Translations under genes and position numbers: made by a program
Source of the DNA: a virus
Strand: one strand, 5' to 3'
IMG/VR virus record: IMGVR_UViG_3300010396_000006
Span: 41,648-105,647 of that record
DNA: 64,000 bases
The notes under the pieces: model-generated
The model's database searches: none
Told to the model about the DNA's origin: nothing
Seen by the model: the letters and a program-made list of their open reading frames with translations, nothing else
Part shown: positions 9,930-20,300 of the stretch, piece after piece
Numbering within the stretch: the first letter of the stretch is position 1
Layout of the letters: each line of letters starts with the position of its first letter

Positions 9930-11678
9930 ATGACAGTCTATGGCAGTGTGTGCGTGAGTGTTCCAACCGGTCCATCGTCAACGAAAAGCTTCTCGTTTGG
10001 GGTCCCAGGCGAGATCGTGGATCGGATGTGTGCAAGACCGGATATTGAATGGGAACCCCAATTCAAGGCGATGGTCAACAAGGCAATCAACGGGCCACCG
10101 ATCGAATCAGACAATAAGGAAGAACTGAAACCGCCATTCGTTTCCGGCCAGAAAGTGATCTGCGTTCTGAACAGCAAAAATCTCGGCGGATTGACTGTCG
10201 GTGAGGAATATACGATCTGGAGATGCTTGAAGGACTCGATGATGTCGAGCGGCTTCAAATGCGAACTCAAGGAAAAGATGGTGGGCCAGATGTATTGTGC
10301 ATCGCTGTTCAAAGCGAAGTCGGAGTCTGGAAAACTGTCAAACGATGAACCACCATTCCAAGTCGGCGATCATGTTGAGATGCTCAAAGAGAGAGATCAA
10401 AAACCAACCGGGGTTGCCAGTCTCGTAGTTACGGGCGTTCGTTCACCGGAGCAGATGGCGGGGCATTGGACGCTTCCAGGCGTCAAGGCAAACGAAGGTG
10501 AGTGGTTTGTGTCGTGCGATCCAAAATGCACTGCATGGGGACCGGCAGGATATTTTCGCAAGGCGTTCTTACCGCCATTCGCAGTCGGTGAGGAAGTGTT
10601 GGCGAATTACAACTTTTGGTCTGACTTGAATACGCTGGCTTCTGCAATCCAGATCCACGAGAACAAGCCATATCGAATTAGAGCAATCCAAAAGGAAGTC
10701 GACTGCAATTCCGGTTGGAAAGTCTGGGTGGAAGGACAGCAAGGCGGTTGCGATGCGTCGAAGTTCAGGAAGATGGATTCAATCGGAGAACAAATACGAA
10801 AGTCGCTCGAAGGAACATATCGCAATGCCCAGGAACTTATTGATTTTGAAGTCGGCCATGAAGCGGCAATTGCGAGAACGAACTATTTCGCATATCACGG
10901 ACCGTTCGAAAGCGGCGATTTGCGATGGGGCCAAGTCAATATTGGCGAAAGACGTCGATGGTTGAACGCCGCGAAAGCTGTCGAAGCAATCGTGAAAGAT
11001 TGTGACGAATTTCGTATCGCCAATTCGATCGAAGAACTGATCCAGCAGAACAGCGGACCGGAAGATCTGAACCTCGAAGCTGGCGTGAACAAACTGGAAC
11101 TGGCGTTGCAGTGGGTGAAAGATCGGATTGTCCACGAAAAGGCGAAGATCGCACCGCAACCGTTCCAAGTCGGAGAAGTAGTTCAGGCTGTTGAAAACGT
11201 GATGAGCGGAAACGGAAAAGGAACTGTCGCCGCTGGTTGTCATATCAAAGTATCGGCCTGCGAACGACGCAACCCTGATATCTGTCCTTCAGGCTGGATC
11301 GTGTATGCCGAAGATTGTGACCACTGGGGCGGATTCGATTCAGCGAAGTTCAAGAAAGATCCGATTGTTAATCCGGTCTCGACAGATCAATGGAAATTGC
11401 CCAATTCAGGGACTGTCAAATTCAGTCCCATCATTAATCCAAAACCAGGACAGATCCCCATCTACAGGGGTGATGGTCAAGTTGAATGGATTGATCTTCC
11501 GAAAGATCAAACAAGATCGATAGCGTGGGAATACAGAGTAACTCCATGTCTGGATGTCATTGATGAAGGATTTGATTCTGGCGTTGTCGACAGATTGAAT
11601 AACAGCGGTGAAATCGGCTGGGAATTTGTAGCGTTCACTCCTATGACAGGACGAGCCGTATTCAAGCGCAGGAAGTGA
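9930..11678 (+). CDS. multi-repeat protein (four SH3/KOW-like 'PFxxGxxV...FxK' modules, C-terminal DUF4177-like)
   Basis: Repeats visible in the translation; C-terminal 'WEYRV...LNNSGEIGWEFV'. Confidence 0.6.
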   Translation: MTVYGSVCVSVPTGPSSTKSFSFGVPGEIVDRMCARPDIEWEPQFKAMVNKAINGPPIESDNKEELKPPFVSGQKVICVLNSKNLGGLTVGEEYTIWRCLKDSMMSSGFKCELKEKMVGQMYCASLFKAKSESGKLSNDEPPFQVGDHVEMLKERDQKPTGVASLVVTGVRSPEQMAGHWTLPGVKANEGEWFVSCDPKCTAWGPAGYFRKAFLPPFAVGEEVLANYNFWSDLNTLASAIQIHENKPYRIRAIQKEVDCNSGWKVWVEGQQGGCDASKFRKMDSIGEQIRKSLEGTYRNAQELIDFEVGHEAAIARTNYFAYHGPFESGDLRWGQVNIGERRRWLNAAKAVEAIVKDCDEFRIANSIEELIQQNSGPEDLNLEAGVNKLELALQWVKDRIVHEKAKIAPQPFQVGEVVQAVENVMSGNGKGTVAAGCHIKVSACERRNPDICPSGWIVYAEDCDHWGGFDSAKFKKDPIVNPVSTDQWKLPNSGTVKFSPIINPKPGQIPIYRGDGQVEWIDLPKDQTRSIAWEYRVTPCLDVIDEGFDSGVVDRLNNSGEIGWEFVAFTPMTGRAVFKRRK

Positions 11679-12192
11679 CGCCATGATCGATGTCACCGCA
11701 ATCCAATGTCCAGAGTGCGATCATCTCCCATTGAAGATCATCCATCAGTCGGAAGAACAGATCGTCGCCAAATGTCGCAATTGCGGGAATGACTGGATCA
11801 TCACGGTCAAGACGGTCGTTTTATCGGAGTCGGAAATTGAGGCCGGACAAGATGATGCTGTTGAAATCACAGACATGCCGTTCTGAGAGGGAGAGTGAAT
11901 CATCTGCGACGAAATGAGTTCCGAAGAACGCTACGCCATGCATGAGGATATGGCGGATAAAATCACCGATGCATGCGCCGAATTGTTCCCCGAAGATGGA
12001 ATGTGTGCTGATGTTTTATTCGCGTTGCTGACGGCTGCGTCATGGGGAGCGTTATTTCTCATTGATATGCCGCCGGATCAAAAACAAAGGTTCGTTAATA
12101 ACGGCGTCGTGCCGGAACTCGTTGCCACCGCTTCATGTGCGATACGAGAACGATTAGAAAAGATGCGTGTTGCTGACAATAGCCGAAACTAA

Positions 12193-12927
12193 ATGAGGAG
12201 TGAATTAATGGGAACGCAAGTTTGGAATGTGGCATCGCTGCTCGTCATGACGTCTATGTTCATTGGCTTGGCGACAATGCTCTATCGAGCATTCCGTCAT
12301 CAACCGGACGTGAAGACTCCAGAAGATCCATACGGATTCGGTTGCAAGCCAACGCCGATTCAATTGAGAGTCCTGAAATCAACGGCTGACATCGTGATCT
12401 ATTGCGGGCCTGCTGGATCTGGAAAGAGCATGCTGATGCGAATGGCCGCAATGATGCGAGCCAGGTTGTATCCGTCACAGCCTATCCTCACGTTCTGGTT
12501 TCAGCAGCGAGAAACGTGGGAAATGTTGGACAAGCACATTCCGTCAATTCGCGTGATCGGCCTCAAAGGCATCAATGAGGCTTGTGATCAATTTGCGGGA
12601 GTTGCGGCCCACACGATTTGCATCGACGGGATTGACTGGATCAGGGAAGAGTCGTTCTGGTTTCTGCTGTCGCGGTTGCGATCGAACGATTCGAACGTCA
12701 ATCCGCAAATGTTCTGCTCAATGGATCGTCTTACAGATCCAAAGCCGCTATGGCTCGCAAAGCTGGTGAAGCATTGGGAGGAACCAGCAGACGGAATCGG
12801 CATTCGTGGAAAGCGGAATGGAATCCGTCACTTCCAAAGGATTGACGGCAATTTGCATCTTGTGGATATCACAAAGCATGATGCGTTGCTCAGCAAGCCG
12901 ATCTCGATCGAATACATCCAAGGATGA
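12193..12927 (+). CDS. degenerate terminase-ATPase paralog with N-terminal TM helix
   Basis: Colinear similarity to the TerL ATPase half; Walker A GPAGSGKS kept, Walker B DE changed to DG, no nuclease domain. Confidence 0.75.
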   Translation: MRSELMGTQVWNVASLLVMTSMFIGLATMLYRAFRHQPDVKTPEDPYGFGCKPTPIQLRVLKSTADIVIYCGPAGSGKSMLMRMAAMMRARLYPSQPILTFWFQQRETWEMLDKHIPSIRVIGLKGINEACDQFAGVAAHTICIDGIDWIREESFWFLLSRLRSNDSNVNPQMFCSMDRLTDPKPLWLAKLVKHWEEPADGIGIRGKRNGIRHFQRIDGNLHLVDITKHDALLSKPISIEYIQG

Positions 12928-13412
12928 CTAATCAGGGCACGATGCCATCATCAAACCAATAACAGGAGAATCACAAGATGGGATTAGCGAGACGATGGAT
13001 GCGCAAAGTCGAACACAAATTTGCCGATCAATTTCAGGAAGGGGAATTCTTCGACAAACGACAGAAACACGCCAAGCCGCAAGTATTCAACACTCGGATC
13101 TACTTCCAAGATCCAGAATCGGAATGCGTTCAAGTGTCTCGGATCATGGGAACCACGTCTGTTGCTCATCGCCTCAAAGGCCACATGGACCGCAACCCGA
13201 CATGTCGAATCTTGCAGGTGAAGAACACGCCTCATAAACGATGGACAAAGCCAGAACATCCTCTGGTCGCTCGCCGCAAGATGGCAAAGGCCAGAGCTGA
13301 AAGGCTCAAGCGTCAAATCCCGGTCAAGAGATAATCGTTACCGGTCCGTGAATGGGTAATTGTGCCGCCAAGTTTTAAATACTCCTACGAATGTTCAAGA
13401 AAGGCTGATTTG

Positions 13413-13889
13413 ATGCCGGAGAATTTGACGATCGAGCAGAAGGCCACTAACAACGACACATTCCGCCACATTGAACGGGTGAGAAATCTGATCAATACTT
13501 GCGTGACGGATCTACTTCGACGGGGAGAAAGACACGATCAAACGAAACTGGAATCACCAGAGGTTGAACTGTTCACAGAATTCACGCCAAAGTTGGCTGA
13601 GTGTACTTACGGAAGCGCCGAGTACGAGGGATTCCGGAAAGCAATGGGGCCGGCGCTCGCTCACCACTATGCGAACAATTCGCACCATCCAGAGCATTGG
13701 AAGAATGGCATTGACGACATGAGCCTGCTGGACATTGTCGAAATGTTGTGTGACTGGAAAGCAGCGAGTGAACGCCATAACGATGGAAACATCCGGAAGT
13801 CGATCACGATCAATGCCGACCGATTCAAGATGTCGCCGCAGTTGGTGAAGATTCTGGAAAACACAGCCGACTTGCTGTTCTCAGATTGA
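13413..13889 (+). CDS. DUF5662-like HD-type protein
   Basis: 'HIERV...HDQTK...HHYANNSHHPEH...EMLCDWKAA'. Confidence 0.75.
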   Translation: MPENLTIEQKATNNDTFRHIERVRNLINTCVTDLLRRGERHDQTKLESPEVELFTEFTPKLAECTYGSAEYEGFRKAMGPALAHHYANNSHHPEHWKNGIDDMSLLDIVEMLCDWKAASERHNDGNIRKSITINADRFKMSPQLVKILENTADLLFSD

Positions 13890-13947
13890 GACCGCTGGCA
13901 ATGTGCTGACGGCAAACAGACCGTAACTCAAGTTTCAGGAGAAATCA

Positions 13948-14241
13948 GTGAATTCAAGACCATTGGCCGATCAGGTGATCATCAAGCGAGATGACGCCGA
14001 AAAAGTGACTCAGGGAGGAATCCACCTGCCGGATCGAGCGCAGAACGTCCCGCGAAAAGGAACTGTCCTCGCCGCAGGACCTGGGCGACTTCTGGACAAC
14101 GGAACCCGCGGAGAAATGGAACTGAAAGCCGGGGATCGAGTCTATTTCTCAGCTTACGGCGTTCAGGAAGTGGAGATTGACGACGAAAAAGTCATCATCT
14201 GCCGGGAGGCGGATGTGTTAGCGGTGATCGAATCTGAGTGA
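13948..14241 (+). CDS. groES: co-chaperonin GroES
   Basis: 'RPLADQVII...TQGGIHLPD...GTVLAAGPG...LKAGDRVYFSAY...EADVLAVIE'. Confidence 0.93.
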   Translation: MNSRPLADQVIIKRDDAEKVTQGGIHLPDRAQNVPRKGTVLAAGPGRLLDNGTRGEMELKAGDRVYFSAYGVQEVEIDDEKVIICREADVLAVIESE

Positions 14242-14278
14242 TCTGCCGTCGCAAAGCCCTGTCTGATATCGATTTCCA

Positions 14279-14320
14279 AGGCTGAGTTGACTATTTTGTT
14301 GACTCAGCCTCTTTCGTTTT
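14279..14320 (+). terminator. intrinsic terminator after groES
   Basis: AGGCTGAGT / ACTCAGCCT stem with T-rich tail. Confidence 0.55.
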
Positions 14321-14329
14321 CAGGCAAGG

Positions 14330-17300
14330 ATGTCACAAATCATGAGCCGACGCCGCAACCGCAACCGTCGCGTTGAGAACTATCGCAAGAATTCGGATCG
14401 GGTTGTTGAGCATCCAAATGTTCCGGCCCCCGAACTGAACGACTCCCAAATCAAGTCGATGGCGTCTCAGATGCGGGCGGCTCTGGCCGGAAGCTTCGGC
14501 GGCGCTCAAGTCACGAATCACCGCGAAGAAGCTCTCCACTATGAGGGCAATAGCTACGTCAATATCGCGGCCATCTGCGCCCAAATGATGATGGTGACGA
14601 TAACAGCCTATGTCGACGGATCGAACCAGCTTCGACAGCAGTCGGTCCGGAAGTCGCTGCGAGGTCTCGTCGGAAGCCGATGGAAGTCTCAATATGGGGT
14701 TGATGAGGCATCGTCGAAGCAACTCGAATCAGACCATTACCTGATGCGATTGCTGTCGAAGCCAAATCCGCACGAACCGGGCAGCATGTTCCGGTATCGG
14801 CAAACTCTTCAACTCAGGCTCACTGGAGGTGCGTTCCTGTGGAACGTCCCAAATATCAACGGCCGGACGTGCGAACGGTACGTCATCCCCACCACATGCC
14901 TGACGCCGGTCTATCCAGACAACACGTTGCCGTACGGTGGTTATCGCGTTCAACCAAACTGTATGCGATGGATTCCACTGGTTGACGATGGATTCGTGAT
15001 CGGGACCCCGGCCCTGATGCGAGTGTTGGGCATGATCATTGATGCCCGAGAAATCCAAAAGGTTGGCTATCCACATCCGATCTGGCTGGATGACTTCCAA
15101 AGCCCGATGTCTGCTGGCGCTCAGTGGGTCGATGCCGAACGATCGATCAACATCGCACGGGCAATGGGCATCAGCCGCGGCATGAATCCGAGCGGTTTCC
15201 TTGAACTATCCAAAGAATACATGGGCATCGAACAAGATGCGCTGAACATCACTCAGCGGAAACTCGATCGACAATATGGCGGCGTCAACAACACGGGCAA
15301 GGTCATTGCCGTGGCTCCCGATACCAAGTTCACCGGATACGATCGAAGCCCGAAAGACATGGAATACCATGAAGGGTACTTGGATCACCGGGAAGCGAAT
15401 CAGTCTCTACACGGCGTTCATCCGATCATCACTGGCGGACAGCCCCCCGGCGCATACGCGGCCTACTACGCCGCCATGCGAGCATTCGACAACAACACGT
15501 TGACTCCCATTTGTGACATGCTGGCGGAATCAGACACGTTCCACATTGCACCGCAATTCGGCGAAGGGATCACGATCGAGATCGAGCCAAAGCCGATCAA
15601 CGATGAGGACGAACTGAATTCACGTCTCCAGGTCGATGGTCAATTGGGGATCATCAAGGTCAATGAAGCGCGAGCATTGCGAGGAATGCCGCCATTGGAC
15701 GGAGCGCAAGGAGAAAAGCTGTGCGGACCGACTTCAAAGGATAAGGTTGGTCAGGATCAAGACAGCGACAATCCATCCAAGCCGAAGAAACCAAAGCAGT
15801 CTGGCGATGCGCCGTCAACTCCCGAGGTCCAAGAAGCCGAACAAGCGGACGTCCCCAAGGCTCCCGAAAATCCCATCGTCGGCAAGAGTGAATCAAAATC
15901 ACTTCAAGCCGCAATGGAAGGGATGAAGGAGGCGGACGAAGACTACATTCAAGAAATAGTTGCCAAGGCGTTGGATTCGCGACTGAAGGCGATGCAACCT
16001 GCCGAGAAGCCAAAGCGGAAGTATTCCTCGACGCAGTTTGATCTGCCTGCCGGTCTCGCCGAAAAAGTGCAGGAGATGGCAGCCCTGATCAATCCGGCCG
16101 ATCTCGCATCGGATGGAATCGAAGAAAATCCGCACGTGACTTGCTTGTACGGGCTGACCGAAGAATCACCCAATGATGTCAAGAAAGCCGTCAAGGGAAT
16201 CTCGGCCGGTCCGATCGTTCTTGAATCGCTGTCGTTGTTCCCGGCTGGTGACAAGCTTGCTCAGCATGGCGGCGAACAGTTCGACGTTTTGAAGATCAGC
16301 ATCGGCGGAAAGTTCATTCACGAGATTCACAATGCGATCGCAGAATCGTGCGAGTATGAAACCGATTATGCCGACTATTCTCCTCACTGTACGATCGCCT
16401 ACTTGAAGCCGGGAAAAGGCCGCAAGTATGTGACGATGAACAATCCAGTGGATGGGATGACGTTCATTCCTGACAAGCTGATCTTCAGTAGCAAAAACCG
16501 AACGGTCTCGGCAATTCGATTGAGCGTTCTGAAATCAGTCGAAGAACAACCATCAGAAGCTCAGATTACTGCCGGCAATTACAAAAAAGATCACATCACA
16601 ATTCAGGGGCTAAGGATCTCAATCGAAAATCCGAAAGGATCTGTTCGAAGTGGTCGTGACGATGATGGCAATGAGTGGTCAACGAAAATGCGGAATGATT
16701 ACGGCTACATCAAAGGAACGAAATCAGATTCCGATGGTGATCACATTGATGTCTTCGTTGGGCCAAATCCAAGTTCAGAATTGGTGTTCGTAATTGATCA
16801 GGTCAATCCGCAAAGCGGGCAACATGACGAACACAAATGCATGTTGGGATTCGATTCGAAAGATCAAGCGAAGTCTGCCTATCTCGAAAACTATTCCAAG
16901 GGTTGGAAAGGCTTCGGCGGCATTACTCCAATGCACATGGATCAATTCAAGGAATGGCTAGACAGCGGAGATTCATCAAAAGGAATCGCGAGAAAATCTC
17001 TCACGGCAGCATTCTCCGAATCAGAAATGAAGGGCCACAATCCAATCAGCGACATCCAAGCCATTGGAAAGAGACTCGCTGAATCCGATTGTGGAATGCC
17101 CGGATACGGTCAGATCTTTATCAAGGAAAACGGATCTGGCCAAGCATGGTATGTCGGTGGCGACGGAGATGAACGAGGATTCGATAAGACTGTCATTCAA
17201 GAACTGAAGAAAGTCACGGGGATTGACGAAGTTCGTTATGAGTCTGAATCGTTCCCGCCCGATGGGGAAGGATGGATTCAGGTCTATCCGAAAGTGTCGA

Positions 17301-20300
17301 AGCGTAAATCTCTCGGCATGTCCGAAGGGATCGGGTCAGATGGAGGATTCGCCGTCGCTTCCGAAGACGAACGATGCCCAAAATGTCCCAAATGCGGATC
17401 ACGGGAAACGCATCATGCTAGAACTGATGGCACAGGGAACGCGATCTGTAGCAATTGCAAATCAATTTTCACTGATCCTGATTATGGAAAACAGAAATCA
17501 GTTTCGTTTCCATCGTCAGAAGTCGTACCGGGCAACAACGGCCATCAATTCCCCAAGAACACATTGATTCTTGGTGGGGATCAAGTTCTGATGCCACCAG
17601 AGTCAGAACTCAAATCCAAATGGATCACGATTCATCCTGGGGGAGACAAAGACGCAACTGGCATTCACATCCTGATTGACGAAGACGGCGAAATCAAAGG
17701 CGGTCCGGCCGAACTGCGAGACAAAGGCATCCGCAAGATGTCTGACTTCGGGAAAGAAGACCTGAAGCCAGTCAAACCAAAAGACAATCACGAGAAGGCC
17801 GCATTCAACGCCAGCAAGCGAGCCGATCAAGCATCCGCCGATGCTAAAGAGTCGGGCGACCTGTTCGACCATATTGCGGCTAAAGAAGCCCACATGCACG
17901 CCGCAGCCCATCACAGCAAAGGCGGCAATGAAGATCAGGCGTCATATCACAGAAAGGCGGCTCAACAGCACGGTTCAGCCGCGACACCAACGGCTCCAGC
18001 GTCAAACGGACAACTGAGCGACGAAAAGATCATCCAGGCAATGAAGCCATCCGTTGATCGCAGCGGCATGGTTGAGGCCGAAGAACTGCGATCGATGCCA
18101 GAATTCGCTGGGATGTCGAAAGAGAAATTCGACCAACGAATGATGGACATGGCCAAAGTTGATCAGCCGGGCGGACCGAAGGTCTCGTTGCACCGATACG
18201 ACCGAGCCGAATCGCTGTCAGCGGACGATAAAAAAAAGATGATCTTCGATCCGGATGCGCCGGCACGATTCGAAGATGGACAAAAGGGAGCGTATTACAA
18301 TGCGGTCTCCATCCGCAAATCGTTGTCAGAAATGAAATCGCATTGGATTACGATCCATCCTCATGGCGATGAGCATGATGGAACGCACGTTTTGATCGAT
18401 GGAGAAGGGAATATCGAAGGCGGTCCCGAAGGACTGGCGAAACGTGGGATTCACAAGCTGTCCGACTTTGGGAAAGGCGGCGAATCAGCAGACAAACCAC
18501 ACGAAACCCGTGAAGAGTGGGCGAAGAGACATTCCGATGCCGCCGATCATTGGTTACATGGAGTGAACAATGATCTGGCAGCCGTGCATCAAGAACACGG
18601 CGACTTGATCACAAAAAAGCACATGACGGACAGCTTTCGAAATCACGTCAATACCGGAAGAATGACCCCAGATCAATATGAGGATCATGTTTCTAAGGGA
18701 ACCATTCTCGGTGGACACGATTACGAACGCGCTCAGCATGTCGAGCAGAAAATCCATGAGATCAAAAATCGTCCGCTAACTGTCCCGGAGCCAGATGGAA
18801 AGCATCCATACGTTGAACCGCCCGCCAAGCCGCCGGAAGAAAAGCCAGAAATCCGACCAGACATCGACGCTCCGATCAGCAAGAAAGACACGCCTCGCGA
18901 AACGGCGGCAAAGCAAAAGAAGATTGACGATGATTATGCGTTTGCTCGCAATTCATCCATCCCGAATGTCGGCGAAGATGTTGCCGATTCGGCTCGTCAC
19001 AAGCGAAATGCTTGGCGTGGATTGGAAGATGCGGAATCCAATGGAACCGCCGAATCAATGGTGACTCGTGATAATCTGCTCAAGGCCGAACCGCACAACT
19101 TGATGTCTCATGCCGGAAAACATCCACTGACATCACTGGCCATGCATTACGCGATGAGATCGTTCCCAGCGAAACCATCCAGCAATCGCGAAGTGGCCAA
19201 TGCCAGCGATCGGAAGGACTATCACGAAGCGTATCAGAGCATCAAAGCAAAAGCCGAGCATCTGGCGGAAACAGAATCCGATCCACGGGCAGCCGCAGAG
19301 AAGCTACGAGAACACGTCGGCAATCATCTGAAGGGATTGAGGGAGCGGAAGATTCCCGGACCCACAATTCCCGTGGCCGATCGATACAACAAGACCGCGA
19401 ACAATTTGGTTGGAATGCACAAGGCGTTACGATTCGCCAGCTACGGCCGACCATCGGCAAATAGCGTTCATGGCAAGATGGAAGAGTTCTCAAAGGCGAT
19501 GGCCGGGAAATATGGACTTCCAGAAAAGTATGAACCTGAAGCGGCCAAGCAATTCGCCTCCCATATTGAGACTCACGCCAAGGACATTATTGACGGGAAA
19601 TCGCTTCCACAGTCATTTGGCATTAAGGGAGAAAAGAAAAACGAATTTAATCCTGCCGATCGATACGTCAAGCATGCTGAACGAGCCGGGGGCAAGGATG
19701 TCAGTCACCAAACCGCAACGGGAGTCTCGGCGGCAAACTCCGTCGTAAACGACTTCGGGATGCGTGGCGTCCAATGGGGTAACAGCGTCACTGACGACGA
19801 ACGCCATCATCACGCTGCCAAGGTTGTCGAAGCGTTGACCGATCTGGCCGATACTCTCGGCATCAAGCCGGCTGATCTCAGTCTCGGCGGAAAGCTGGCC
19901 TTGGCCATTGGCGCTCGCGGTAAGGGAACTGCCTCGGCTCATTACGAACCGCATACCCAGGCCATCAACCTGACGCGGGCCAGCGGAGTCGGTACTCTCG
20001 CCCATGAGTGGGGACACGCCTTTGATCATTCACTGGAGAATTTCGCGAATCGTGCGACGAGTGCGGTCTATCACAGCGAAAACTATCGATCCAGTCCGGC
20101 AATGCAAAAGCTGACATCCGATTTCCGATCATCGGGATTCACGAATCGAATTCATAGTGAGGTTCGTGATATGGTGCGTCAGGGCCTGATGTCGAAAAAG
20201 AAAGCGGAATACTGGCTATCAACCAGAGAACAATTCGCCCGTTGCTTCGAGAGTTATGTTCAACACAAGCTGGCTGACACGAATCAGAAGAATACGTATC

